A DNA stretch of 64,000 bases. It comes from Verrucomicrobiales bacterium (GTDB taxonomy: Bacteria > Verrucomicrobiota > Verrucomicrobiia > Verrucomicrobiales > SLCJ01). A program made the position numbers and the translations under genes. The notes under the pieces are model-generated. The model ran no database searches. It saw only the letters and a list, made by a program, of their open reading frames with translations, and was not told the origin of the DNA. Of this stretch, positions 1 through 9,407 are shown in pieces. Position 1 is the stretch's first letter. Every line of letters begins with the position of its first letter. The stretch covers positions 1-64,000 of the forward strand of contig JBJTQJ010000052.1 of NCBI GenBank assembly GCA_046075565.1. Direction: 5' to 3'.

Positions 1-2219
1 TCCACGTCATTCCACGCGACACGCAGCGTGAAGCCATCGACGAAGCTGTGGCTGCGGATGTTGGCATCACGCAGGGAGATCGCCTTGCCAAAGCTCGTCG
101 TGTAGTTCGTAGCGCCCCCGCTATCGAGCACGAAAAGGCCACGCGGCCTGCTGAACTGCGCCGATGATGCCGTGCTGTCGGTGACGACGTAGAGCAGCTC
201 CGCGCGCCGCGTGAGATCGGCATCGCGCAGCAGCAGCGTGATCGTGGCCGCGCCGGTCTGTCCGCTCGCGGGCGTGAGTGTAAGCGTGCGGTTCGCGCCG
301 CTGCCGCCGAGGCTGATGTTCGCATTCGGCAGCACCGTGGTGTCGGAAGAAGTAGCCGTGATACGCAAGTCGCCCGACGCTGATTCCGCATCCGCGATGG
401 TAAAGTTCACCGGCATCGCTGTGCTGCCCAACGGCGCATTCACCAAGCCGGGCAGCGAAGTGATGGTGGGCAAGGTATTGCCGCTGACCACATCGAGCAC
501 GAAGGCGCAGCTCGACGTATTCGTGCCGTCGGAAACAGTGAGCGTGATGGTGGCGCGTCCGCTTTGACCCGCTGCCGGCGTGACGCTGACTGTGCGGCCG
601 TAGGTCGTGCCGGTAAGCGTGATATTCGCCGCTGGCACCAGCGTGGTGTTGGATGAGGAACTGGTGACGGTGAGCGTGTTCTCCGCTTGCTCGGTGTCCT
701 TGGTCACGAAGAGTCCGGGGCCAAAGACCGTGCCGCTGGCGATGACCTCGGACGCGATGCTGGAGATCGTCGGCGCTGTGTTTCCACCGACCGCACTGGC
801 CGCTGTGAGAGTGAAGGCGGTGGCGCAAGATTTGGAGCCATCGCTCACGGTGAGCGTGATGGTGCTCACGCCGCTCTGACCCGATGCCGGCGCGAGCGAC
901 ACCGTGCGGCTCGCGCCGCTGCCGCCGAAGGTGATCCCACTTACCGGCAGCAGCGTGGTATTTGAAGAGGTCGCGCTCACGGTCAGGGAAGCTGCCGCCG
1001 TCTCCACATCACTCACCGTGAAGGCGATGCTGTTCACCGCAGCGCCCGGTGTGGTGCGTTGATCGGCGATCCACGAAACCTCGGGGCGGAAGTTCGTTAC
1101 CGGTGCTGGCGGATCCGAGATCGTCACCTGCATGTAGGTCACCGCGCTGAGTTGTCCGTCGTGAACCACGAGCGCGACTTCAACGGTGCCGGTCTGGCCG
1201 GCCGGCGGCGTGAGTGTCATCGTGCGATTCACGCCGCTGCCACCGAAGGCGATCGCGCTGTCCGGCAGGCGCACGTCGTCGGTGCTGAAAGCGCTGAGGG
1301 TGAGCGAGGATGCCGCGGTTTCAGTGTCGGCAAGGTTGACCGGAATCGGCGCGGATGCATTGCCATGCGTCATCGTTACCGCGCCCGACGCGCTGATTCC
1401 CGGCGCAGTATTACCCGCAAAGGCGAGCACACCATGCTGCGTGAACCAGGCGCGCATGATCGCGTGAATGTCCGCGCGCTTCACATTGCTGTTCACGATG
1501 TCGTGATTGATCCCCTGATAGAGCAGCCGCTTGGATGGCACGGAGTTTCCGTTGAGAATATTCTGCAGATTCACCGACTGGGACGGCAACACCGTGTTGT
1601 CCGCCGTGCCATGAAACATGAGGAAGGGTGCCGTGATGCCCTGCACCTCCTGGGTCGCGGGTGAGGCCAAAGCTGTATTGGTCGTGCCCGAGGTGCCGCC
1701 CGCGCTGATGCACGCCGCTTTGATCTGAGCCGGAATTTCACCCGCCAATCCGCCGGTAACAAACGACCCCATGCTGTGCCCGAACAAAGCCAGCCGCGTC
1801 ATGTCCGCGCCGGGCGTCGCAGCGAGGATCTCGATGCTTCGCCGCGCCCGCCGGCTGTTTTCGGGGCAGTAGCCCTCGTTGTCGCTCGCGTTCACCTTGG
1901 ACCCCTCATGGGTGTAGGACGGCCCGATGCAGACGAAGCCCCAGCCCACGAGCGTCTGCGCGTGTTGATCGGAGAAATTCGACGCCGTGCCGCCTTTGCC
2001 ATGACTGATCAGTGCCACCGGAAACGGCCCGCTACCGGAAGGAATGCGAATGATGCCCGAGACGACGCCATCGCTCGCATTGTACGTGAAGGTGTTGCCA
2101 GTGATGGTCAGGCCCGGCAGTGACTGGCCGCGCAGCGGCAGGGGCGCGGCGCCAAAGCTCATGAGTCCGAGCAACATGAGAATCCGGAGCGGCAACGATT
2201 GGGGGAATGTGCACGGCAT
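1..2219 (-). CDS. Large secreted multidomain protein, partial (runs off the window): alpha/beta-hydrolase + four Ig/cadherin-like repeats + start of a probable glycoside-hydrolase-like domain
   Basis: Not in the ORF track because there is no stop inside the window. Manual translation from ATG 2219 gives signal-like MPCTFPQSLPLRILMLLGLMSFGAAPLPLRG, then LISHGKGG, nucleophile elbow FGHSMG, FHGTADNTV (Asp) and GINHD (His). Four ~100-aa repeats follow (N-x-x-P...D-x-E...SSNTTL.P...GGSGxxRT...P..GQ.G...TLTVSDG), then FVDGFTLRVAWNDV. Confidence 0.85.
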   Translation of the reverse strand, partial: MPCTFPQSLPLRILMLLGLMSFGAAPLPLRGQSLPGLTITGNTFTYNASDGVVSGIIRIPSGSGPFPVALISHGKGGTASNFSDQHAQTLVGWGFVCIGPSYTHEGSKVNASDNEGYCPENSRRARRSIEILAATPGADMTRLALFGHSMGSFVTGGLAGEIPAQIKAACISAGGTSGTTNTALASPATQEVQGITAPFLMFHGTADNTVLPSQSVNLQNILNGNSVPSKRLLYQGINHDIVNSNVKRADIHAIMRAWFTQHGVLAFAGNTAPGISASGAVTMTHGNASAPIPVNLADTETAASSLTLSAFSTDDVRLPDSAIAFGGSGVNRTMTLTPPAGQTGTVEVALVVHDGQLSAVTYMQVTISDPPAPVTNFRPEVSWIADQRTTPGAAVNSIAFTVSDVETAAASLTVSATSSNTTLLPVSGITFGGSGASRTVSLAPASGQSGVSTITLTVSDGSKSCATAFTLTAASAVGGNTAPTISSIASEVIASGTVFGPGLFVTKDTEQAENTLTVTSSSSNTTLVPAANITLTGTTYGRTVSVTPAAGQSGRATITLTVSDGTNTSSCAFVLDVVSGNTLPTITSLPGLVNAPLGSTAMPVNFTIADAESASGDLRITATSSDTTVLPNANISLGGSGANRTLTLTPASGQTGAATITLLLRDADLTRRAELLYVVTDSTASSAQFSRPRGLFVLDSGGATNYTTSFGKAISLRDANIRSHSFVDGFTLRVAWNDV

Positions 2220-2531
2220 ATCGGTGTTTTCTGCGGCCAGTTATCGGGAATTGGATCTCAGTCGCTCCGATCAAACCCCAGAGCGGCCCTCTCGGTTGCG
2301 TATTTTCTCCGGGTGGCGATGGCCAACGATGCGCAAATTCGCTGATTCCGCCAATCGCAATCGTGCCCAATCCTTGGACAAATTTACCAACGAGATGGCA
2401 CCCATCCGGCAGAGGTCTGAGAGAGGGACGGAACCCATTGCCACCCCTCCGCTCTCTCGGCCTCGTGGGCTCGTATCCCTCATTCTGGAAAACCCTCGAT
2501 CTCGAAAACAAAACGCTTCCCATCCGCCAAT

Positions 2532-2570
2532 TTGACATCCATCCACGCATGATGTATAAAACGCATCATG
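2532..2570 (+). promoter_or_regulatory. Sigma70 promoter of the TA operon with overlapping inverted-repeat operator
   Basis: TTGACA (2532-2537)-17 nt-TATAAA (2555-2560). Inverted repeat CATGATG (2548-2554)/CATCATG (2564-2570). ATG lies 7 nt after the -10. Confidence 0.75.
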
Positions 2571-2819
2571 ACACGCACCCAAATCCAGTTTCCCGAGCCG
2601 CTTTACCAGCGGCTCAAAGAGATCGCCGAGCGTCAGGACTGGTCGCTCTCGGAGGTCATGCGCAAGGCGGCGGAGCACTTCGTCACCCGCTTCCCGGAAG
2701 ATCCCGCACCCAAGAAGGTCTGGCGCTTTCCTACCCTCAATTGCGGCGGCGATTTCCTCACCGATCCCGCCAGTCTGCGCCCCGAAGTGGATGCCATCCT
2801 TGAACGCAGCGGGCCATGA
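2568..2819 (+). CDS. Type II antitoxin, CopG/ribbon-helix-helix (VapB-like)
   Basis: 83 aa with RHH pattern MTRTQIQFPEPLYQRLKEIAERQDWSLSEVMRKA. ATGA overlap with the downstream PIN gene. Confidence 0.85.
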   Translation: MTRTQIQFPEPLYQRLKEIAERQDWSLSEVMRKAAEHFVTRFPEDPAPKKVWRFPTLNCGGDFLTDPASLRPEVDAILERSGP

Positions 2820-3253
2820 TCATTGCCGCCGATACCAACCTCTTCCTCTACGCGGCCAATCCTGATTCGCCTCATCACGAATCCGCCCGCCGCTTTTTCG
2901 AGGAAGAGATCGTCGGCGAGCGGTTCCTGCTATGCGGCCTCGTCTTGGTGGAGCTTTACATGCATCTCCGCAATCCTGCTGTCTTCAAGAAACGCAAGAC
3001 CTCCAAAGAGGCTACCGCTTTCTGCGACGCCCTCCGCACCCATCCCGCTTGGGAGTTCGGCGACTACGAACCCGATGTCGGCAAACCGCTCTGGAACTGG
3101 GCCGCCAAGACCAAAAAAGGCTTCCGCCACATCATCGACGCCCGCCTCGCCTTCACCCTCCGCCACCACGGCGTCACCCACTTCGCCACCGCCAACGCCA
3201 CGCACTTCAACGATTTTGGGTTTGAGAAGGTGTGGAGTCCTATTCTAAGGTGA
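2816..3253 (+). CDS. vapC: PIN-domain ribonuclease toxin (VapC family)
   Basis: 145 aa with PIN motifs AADTNLFLYA, VELY, IIDARLA, ATANATHF. Translationally coupled to the RHH gene. Confidence 0.85.
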   Translation: MIIAADTNLFLYAANPDSPHHESARRFFEEEIVGERFLLCGLVLVELYMHLRNPAVFKKRKTSKEATAFCDALRTHPAWEFGDYEPDVGKPLWNWAAKTKKGFRHIIDARLAFTLRHHGVTHFATANATHFNDFGFEKVWSPILR

Positions 3254-3269
3254 ACCCGGGGCCGGCACC

Positions 3270-3430
3270 GCCCGCTTCCCGGCTACCGAGGAATATCCAG
3301 TTATCGCGGCCGACCGCGATCCGCCGCAACACGTTCTCGATCAGATTGGTTTCGATTTCCACCAGCAAGGCAGCCATACAGTCGGCTGCGGCGCTTTAAC
3401 GTGTGGTCCAAGGAGTTGGCAGCGGAAGCG
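3270..3430 (-). mobile_element. Degenerate IS66-family transposase (TnpC) fragment
   Basis: Minus strand 3362-3270 reads VEIETNLIENVLRRIAVGRDNWIFLGSREAG, matching the IS66 C-terminal motif (xEIDNNxxENxxRxxAxGRKNWLFxGS). Upstream, in another frame, ANSLDHTLKRRSRLYGCL. Confidence 0.75.
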
Positions 3431-3463
3431 GAAAGGCCGCCATCGCAGGGATCGGAGAATCCC

Positions 3464-4439
3464 TCACCCTAGAAACTTTATCGCGGCCCAGGTGTAGAGG
3501 GATATCCCCACCAGAATGTTGAGCGGGAAAGTCACACCGAGGGAGAGTCCGAAGTAAATTGACGGGTTGGCTTCGGGGATGGCATACCGGAGCACGGCGG
3601 GGACGACGATGTAGGATGCGCTCGCGGAAAGCACCATCAACAGCGCGTCGTCGGCGACCGGCAGGTTCAGGACCATGGCCAAGCCGAGGGCAATGGCCGC
3701 ATGGATGAACGGACCGGCAGTGGCGTAGGCGATGAGCACGAAGGATGCCTTTTTCGCCTGGTTGAAGTTTTTCGCGACCATCATGCCCATGTCGAGCAGG
3801 AAGAAGGCGAGCATCCCTTTGAAAAGGTCGCCGGAGAATGGCTGCATCATCGCCTTGCCGGACTCGCCGCTGATCAGGCCGACGGCCATGGAACCAAGCA
3901 GCAGGAGGTGAGCGCCGTCGGTGAACGACTCATGCAGAATCTTCCGCAAAGAGATGGATTGACCGCCCGCTCCCGGGGCGCCGCTCAGACCCTGCTTGTG
4001 CCGAATCGAATTGGCGATGAGCACGGCCATGATGATGGCGGGTGATTCCATGATGACCATGGCCACCGCCATGTGACCGCCGACCGCAAGCCCGCTGGTT
4101 TCAAGAAACTGGATGGCTGTCACGAAAGTCACCGCGCTCACCGAGCCGTAGGAAGCGGCCACGGCGGCAGCATCGAACTTCGAAATCCGGTTCTTGAGGA
4201 AATTGTAGCCGAGGGTTAACAAGGAAGGACATCAGGATGGCCGCCCCGAGGCTGATGGCGACGGCCGTGCTGAATCCGGATTCGGCCATGGCGAAACCGC
4301 CCTTCAATCCCAAGGCCATCAAAAGATAGAGGGAAAAGAACTTGGCGATGGCCGGCGGAATCTCGAGGTTGGACTTCACGGCGCCAGCGAGGACACCGAA
4401 GACAAAGAACAGGATGGCGGGGTCGAGGAGGATTTGCAT
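3464..4439 (-). pseudogene. sbtA: SbtA-family sodium-dependent bicarbonate transporter, frameshifted near 4218
   Basis: N-part (LLDPAILFFVFG...KSNLEIP...SLYLLMALGLKGG) and C-part (AASYGSVSAVTF, IMESPAII, FFLLDMG, ASASYI, LGVTFPLN) lie in different frames. Junction CTT GTT A ACC CTC GGC TAC is consistent with a 2-nt loss or 1-nt gain. Confidence 0.85.
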
Positions 4440-4477
4440 GATGGTGGTGGTGGTTGGTCCGCGATCCTACCCGCCGC

Positions 4478-4528
4478 GAAATATCTTAAATAATCGATTT
4501 TTATAGAGTTTTGTATCAGTAAATATCT
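4478..4528. promoter_or_regulatory. AT-rich divergent promoter region with probable LysR binding sites
   Basis: Very AT-rich tract between divergent sbtA and LysR genes, the typical LTTR layout. Exact T-N11-A site not resolved. Confidence 0.45.
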
Positions 4529-5614
4529 ATGGATATTACCTACCGGCAGATGAAACTCTTCCTGGCCCTGGCCGACACCGGCAGCGTGACGGGGGCGGCC
4601 CGGGCCATGCATGTCACGCAACCGACCGCTTCCATGCAATTGCGGGAAATCACCAACACGGTGGGGATTGCCCTCTACGAAGTCGTCTCACGCAAGGTGC
4701 ATCTCACCGAAGCCGGCCAAGAGCTGGCGCGGACGGTGCGGCGGATTTCCCACGAGTGGGATCTCTTTGAACAAGGCGTCGATGCCATGAAAGGCCTGAC
4801 CCGCGGCAAACTCCGGGTGGCGGTGGTGAGCACGGCCAAGTATTTCGTGCCCCGCCTCGTCGGCGCGTTCTGCAAGAAACACCCGGGCATCGAGGTCGCG
4901 TTGGGGGTGTTGAACCGCGATGGCGTGGTCACGCGCCTGCGCGAAAACATGGATGACATTTACATCATGTCGATGCCGCCGGACGACGTCGAACTCAGCG
5001 ACGAGATCTTCATATGCAATCCGCTCGTCGTCGTCGCGGCCTCCGGTGATCCCCTGACCAAACGGAACAAGGTGCGGCTCTCGGATCTAACGGGAGAGAA
5101 ATTCATTCTCCGCGAACCGGGCTCCGGCACGCGTATGGCCATGGAGAGGCATTTTCGCAAGAAACGTTTCCGCCCTGATGTGCGGCTGGAAATGGGCAGC
5201 AACGAGGCCATCAAGCAAGCTGTGGCGGGCGGACTCGGTCTCCGTGACATCTCAAACCACGCCTTACATGGCCATGCCCGCGAACACGGTGTGGCCATTC
5301 TCGATGTGGAGGATTTTCCCATCATCTCGAATTGGCACATTGTCTATCCGAAAGCCAAACAACTCTCGCCCATCGCTGGTGCCTTCAAAAAACATCTCCT
5401 CACCAACGCCGCATCAACGGTCAGAGGCAAGGCCTGGCAGATGATCGGCAAAGCGGATTCCCTACGCAAACCCTCCGGTCCTCAGAACCGGCGTGGCATA
5501 CCGGGAGGTCCGGTGGGACGAGGTGGTGGGCCACGGCGGAGGCGGTTCTTTGAATCGAAGGTTCCCCAGAGACCGCCAATGATGTGCGGGTATTTTCCCG
5601 GGGTCACATGGTAG
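4529..5614 (+). CDS. LysR-family regulator, CbbR/CmpR-like; C-terminus reads through into the convergent gene
   Basis: HTH GSVTGAARAMHVTQPTASMQ, plus VVSTAKYFVPRL, REPGSGTR and GSNEAIKQAVAGGLG (CbbR-like). The last ~60 aa are atypical and overlap the 5482..7134 gene. Confidence 0.85.
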   Translation: MDITYRQMKLFLALADTGSVTGAARAMHVTQPTASMQLREITNTVGIALYEVVSRKVHLTEAGQELARTVRRISHEWDLFEQGVDAMKGLTRGKLRVAVVSTAKYFVPRLVGAFCKKHPGIEVALGVLNRDGVVTRLRENMDDIYIMSMPPDDVELSDEIFICNPLVVVAASGDPLTKRNKVRLSDLTGEKFILREPGSGTRMAMERHFRKKRFRPDVRLEMGSNEAIKQAVAGGLGLRDISNHALHGHAREHGVAILDVEDFPIISNWHIVYPKAKQLSPIAGAFKKHLLTNAASTVRGKAWQMIGKADSLRKPSGPQNRRGIPGGPVGRGGGPRRRRFFESKVPQRPPMMCGYFPGVTW

Positions 5615-7134
5615 TGCCAGCCACGGGCCGCATCACGGTGGACATTGAACTCATTGAGCGGGTTATTTTCAGAGTGCTGGGCCATGGTGCCGGCTGATTC
5701 GTAGGGGCCGTAAACGGGGAAACCATCAAACATGAACCCGATGAGCGGCGAGTGGGCCTCACCGTCATCCGACCAAGGCGTATTCACGCAGACGGGATAC
5801 TTGTGATAGTGGTAACTTTGCAGGGGACTCGGGTGGCCGCAGCAGCGGTCCGTGCGCCAGACGGCATCCATGTCCACCAGTTCATCGAAGGGATTATGGA
5901 GGATGATGCCGTTGATGGACACGCCAATGGCTCCGCCGGGAAGCGCGTGGTTGGAATTGGTGGCATCCATGGCGATGCGGTTGGGATTTTCCGCAGGATT
6001 GAGCGGAATGTGCCAGGAGAAGTCCTGCTCCTGGATGTAGTTCGGATTACCATCGAGGGCACGCCAGCGATCCGGAAAGACCGCCGTGGGATGGTTGGGC
6101 AGGTTGCGCGACTTCATCACCAGATGGGTGGGCGTGAAGGTGATGGTCACGTTGTCGGGAACAAACTCGTCTTCTTCCACGTGATTGCCCGAGCGGTCGA
6201 GATATCCTTTCTTTCTCCATGCACTCATATTCCCGGCGAAAGGTGCCTCAAGCCGATCCGTGAGATAGAGGAGACGGTCGCCATTGGTGTGATCAAATCG
6301 TTCGGGAACGGTTTTGCTTCCTCCCCGCGGGTCGTAATACCATCGGCCACCGATAGGAATAACGGAATCCATGGCCGGCGGCTTCCGATTGGCCACCGCT
6401 CCGGCGACATTCGGTGGGCTCATATAGTCGGTGGGAGCGGGGATGGCCGCTAACTCGACTTCATTCACGAGAAACCCGGAGTTTTCACCGCTCCCGCAGC
6501 CTTTATCGAAACCTACGGTCAACCGGATGGTATCAATCTCTGGAAAAGGCAGGCGGAACTTGATGTCGTAGTTCCGCCAGGTGGCATGGCCGAGATTCCG
6601 GTTCGTTGATTTATCCGCGAGATCCTTTCGGTCGCGTTCGACCTGATCATAGACATTCTTCGTCAGTTGATCGAGGTTCCGTTTTCCGCCTTGCGAGTAG
6701 TAGTCCACGCGCAGGAACAATTTGTCCTCGCTCACTTTGAAATCCTCCTGTGCCATGGCGCGGATGCGGAAAGTGAACCAACGTCCGGTCTCTTGGGTAT
6801 TGATTCCCGTGACTTGCCATGATGCGCTCCCATTGGGTGATTTCGATGGCAGGACAATTCCCCTGCCATCCGTCTCGTATTTCGGGTCGGCCAATTCGTC
6901 CTCAAAAGCCGATCCGGCGAGGGCAAAGGATTTACCCGGACTCTGTGTCACCGGCATGGCCTTGAGCGGTGGAGCAAGGATCAAACGTGGCCCGGTGGGA
7001 GTTGCGACGGTTCCGGTTTGCGCGAAGGCAGCGGAGCCAAGCACGGTCACCAAGCCGGCTGCGCAAAGAAGCGTGCCGAGGACTCTGGATAGGCAACAGC
7101 CTTCGCAGAAAGAAGTGGGAGAGAATGGCTTCAC
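5482..7134 (-). CDS. Secreted YHYH-domain protein with N-terminal beta-sandwich-like region
   Basis: Signal-like N-terminus ending AAFAQ. YHYH-family motifs LPNHP, GAIGVSINGI, CCGHP..SYHYH, HSPLIGFMFDGFPVYGP, WHYHVT. Confidence 0.8.
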   Translation of the reverse strand: MKPFSPTSFCEGCCLSRVLGTLLCAAGLVTVLGSAAFAQTGTVATPTGPRLILAPPLKAMPVTQSPGKSFALAGSAFEDELADPKYETDGRGIVLPSKSPNGSASWQVTGINTQETGRWFTFRIRAMAQEDFKVSEDKLFLRVDYYSQGGKRNLDQLTKNVYDQVERDRKDLADKSTNRNLGHATWRNYDIKFRLPFPEIDTIRLTVGFDKGCGSGENSGFLVNEVELAAIPAPTDYMSPPNVAGAVANRKPPAMDSVIPIGGRWYYDPRGGSKTVPERFDHTNGDRLLYLTDRLEAPFAGNMSAWRKKGYLDRSGNHVEEDEFVPDNVTITFTPTHLVMKSRNLPNHPTAVFPDRWRALDGNPNYIQEQDFSWHIPLNPAENPNRIAMDATNSNHALPGGAIGVSINGIILHNPFDELVDMDAVWRTDRCCGHPSPLQSYHYHKYPVCVNTPWSDDGEAHSPLIGFMFDGFPVYGPYESAGTMAQHSENNPLNEFNVHRDAARGWHYHVTPGKYPHIIGGLWGTFDSKNRLRRGPPPRPTGPPGMPRRF

Positions 7135-7193
7135 AGTCAGTTGAACCTGACCGCATCTTCAGGGTTGCGGAAAAATCATCCTGAAGCAGCGGT

Positions 7194-9338
7194 TTAACCC
7201 GGAATCCGGTTGAGCGTATACCAGACTTCGCCCGACCAAATGGCTCGCCCGGAGACGGCCACCGGATTGCAGCGAAGGCGGATCACGTAGCCTTTCTTCA
7301 AGCCATCGATGCTGAGCCTGACTGATCTTCCATCCGGCAGAGCTTCGGCTTTGCTCACGGTCAAATCTCCTTCGTCCACCTTCGGTCCACCGTAGGCGGA
7401 GGTGGCGCGGTAGGTCCATTGCATCACGCGGTAGGCATCTTTATTCTCGAGCGTGCCGACTGGCACCGGCTCGGTGAAGTGCAATTCAAAGCCCCCGGGA
7501 ATCGCCCGCATGTTTTCGATTTCAAAGACAGCTTCGTCCGTGGGGTCGAGTCGTTCGAGGCCTTGGAAAGTCGCTTCACCTTGCGGGTTCCGCCAACTCC
7601 ACGTCGAAGCGTGGCGACCACCAATCCCGCCGACATAAATCGATCCCCCGGGGCCGAAACAGATCCGGTTCGGTCCGGCTTCCAGCCCTTGGGTGAAACG
7701 CATCGCACAGCCTTGCCAGACGCCATCGATTTCCTCAAGGAAAACCCGGTTGATGCCGCCATATCTCATGTCCGGCACCGCGAGCTGCCCGGCATAACGC
7801 GTGCCGGGAGGGAAGAGCAGCGGTTGGGTTGGCGAGTTCCCGATTTCATCCTGCGGCAGCAAAACGGCTGCATTCGTGACCACGGCGGAGGGGGCCTCCG
7901 GATCCTCCGGCTGAAATGGCGCGGCGTAAGCCCGCGGCGGATCATCTGGTTGATAAAACCCGTAGAAATGTCCCTTTTGCACATGGTTGATTTCATTGGC
8001 GGGAGTCCAGTTCCCCTGATTGTCGATCACGAACATTTCATCGTGCGGACCGAAACCAATCCCGTTGGGCGTGCGGTGTCCACCGGTCAACCACTCGACA
8101 TTCTTTCCCGGTGGTTTGGACAAATCGATCTTCCAGACCGAGCCGTGGCCGAGTGGATTCTTGAACAATCCCAGGCCGGGTGACCTCGCCATAAACAACC
8201 AACCCGGATGCCCGGGCTGTTCACCGGGACGATATAACAAACCGGCGGAAATCTGGTGGAAGTCGTTCGTCTCCCAGCCGTTGGCGACGGCGGTCGGCTT
8301 CCAGCCACCCGCGCCATCGAGATCAAAGCGTGTCACCTCGGAGCGTTGCGAAACATAGATCGCCCCCTTGACCAAACACACGCCGGATGGCTCGAACAAT
8401 CCGGTGGCGATGCGATGACCGACAACATCCTCCTGTCGGGCGGCCTGCGGATTGTCGATAATCCACAGTTCGCCATTCGGCTCGGGCGTGGGTCGCGGTG
8501 CCTTGAGCGTGCGGGCATCAAATCGCGCCACCACCAGCCGTCCATCCTCTAACAAGGCAAGACCACCCACAGGCATCTCCTGCCCGCCCGGCCGGATGTT
8601 GGTCAGGCGGTAACCGGGATGCACGCCCACGAGCTTGCGCCCGAGGCCCGGTCGGTCGCCCGTATCCATCAGACGTTTGATCCCCGGTTGGGTCGGGCGA
8701 AAATGGAAAGCGGCCGCCCGAAATTCCTCGTCCGGAATCGGAGCAAATCGTTTCTCTTCGTCCTTACGCCACATCCACCGCAGCTTGTCGATCGCCTTCC
8801 CGGCCACCTCCATCTGGGCCTCCACGCGCTGCCAGCCAACTGGCAATTCCATCTCGGCTTCGGCCCCTCCCCCATCGGGTCCGACGGAGAGCCTTGCTCC
8901 AGCAACCCGGGCAGTGAATCCGGAACCACATTGGAATCGGAAACGATAGGTGCCGGCCTCGGTCACCCGTATCCAACCATCGATGGTAATGATCAAATTT
9001 TTCGCGAGCACCTCGCCGGAGTCTGCCCGCCACTCGCCGGCCAAGATTCCCGATGGACCGACGATCGTGCGGTCGAGGTTAGGTGACTGGCCCGCTTCCA
9101 GCACCGCCGAAGTCGATGGCGGCTTGTCCAGGGCATAGATCCGTAACCGCAAACCGGGCTCACTAGGAATCGAATCCGGATCCTCTGCTGCTGACTTGGC
9201 CGTGGATAAAGCGGACAGGCCAACAGACAAACCCACCAAAAGTAGCCGCAGGGACCGCCGGAGCCTCTGGCCCGGGACAGAAAGGAGTCGGTTACCGGTA
9301 GAGGCGAATGACAGCGCGGCGGGAATTCTTGGAGGCAT
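7194..9338 (-). CDS. Secreted PA14-like + beta-propeller (glucose/sorbosone dehydrogenase-like) protein
   Basis: Hydrophobic signal, PA14-like segment (GLRLRIY...DGWIRVTEAGTYRFRF), propeller motifs GHRTPNGIG, DNQGNWTP, EAGPNR. Start uncertain (ORF extends to 9401). Confidence 0.65.
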   Translation of the reverse strand: MPPRIPAALSFASTGNRLLSVPGQRLRRSLRLLLVGLSVGLSALSTAKSAAEDPDSIPSEPGLRLRIYALDKPPSTSAVLEAGQSPNLDRTIVGPSGILAGEWRADSGEVLAKNLIITIDGWIRVTEAGTYRFRFQCGSGFTARVAGARLSVGPDGGGAEAEMELPVGWQRVEAQMEVAGKAIDKLRWMWRKDEEKRFAPIPDEEFRAAAFHFRPTQPGIKRLMDTGDRPGLGRKLVGVHPGYRLTNIRPGGQEMPVGGLALLEDGRLVVARFDARTLKAPRPTPEPNGELWIIDNPQAARQEDVVGHRIATGLFEPSGVCLVKGAIYVSQRSEVTRFDLDGAGGWKPTAVANGWETNDFHQISAGLLYRPGEQPGHPGWLFMARSPGLGLFKNPLGHGSVWKIDLSKPPGKNVEWLTGGHRTPNGIGFGPHDEMFVIDNQGNWTPANEINHVQKGHFYGFYQPDDPPRAYAAPFQPEDPEAPSAVVTNAAVLLPQDEIGNSPTQPLLFPPGTRYAGQLAVPDMRYGGINRVFLEEIDGVWQGCAMRFTQGLEAGPNRICFGPGGSIYVGGIGGRHASTWSWRNPQGEATFQGLERLDPTDEAVFEIENMRAIPGGFELHFTEPVPVGTLENKDAYRVMQWTYRATSAYGGPKVDEGDLTVSKAEALPDGRSVRLSIDGLKKGYVIRLRCNPVAVSGRAIWSGEVWYTLNRIPG

Positions 9339-9407
9339 CGGAATCAGATTTTCAAGGCTTATACCCCACAGCTCTGCCGTAACTTTCGCCGAGTCCACCA
9401 AATGCGG

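Noticed and set aside
121..2550. Several short ORF-track entries in the first 2.5 kb
   Set aside because: They are alternate-frame or antisense shadows of the real minus-strand gene at 1..2219.
5482..5614. Functional overlapping coding between LysR and YHYH
   Set aside because: The LysR tail is just the antisense of the YHYH C-terminus and is better explained by loss of the native stop codon.
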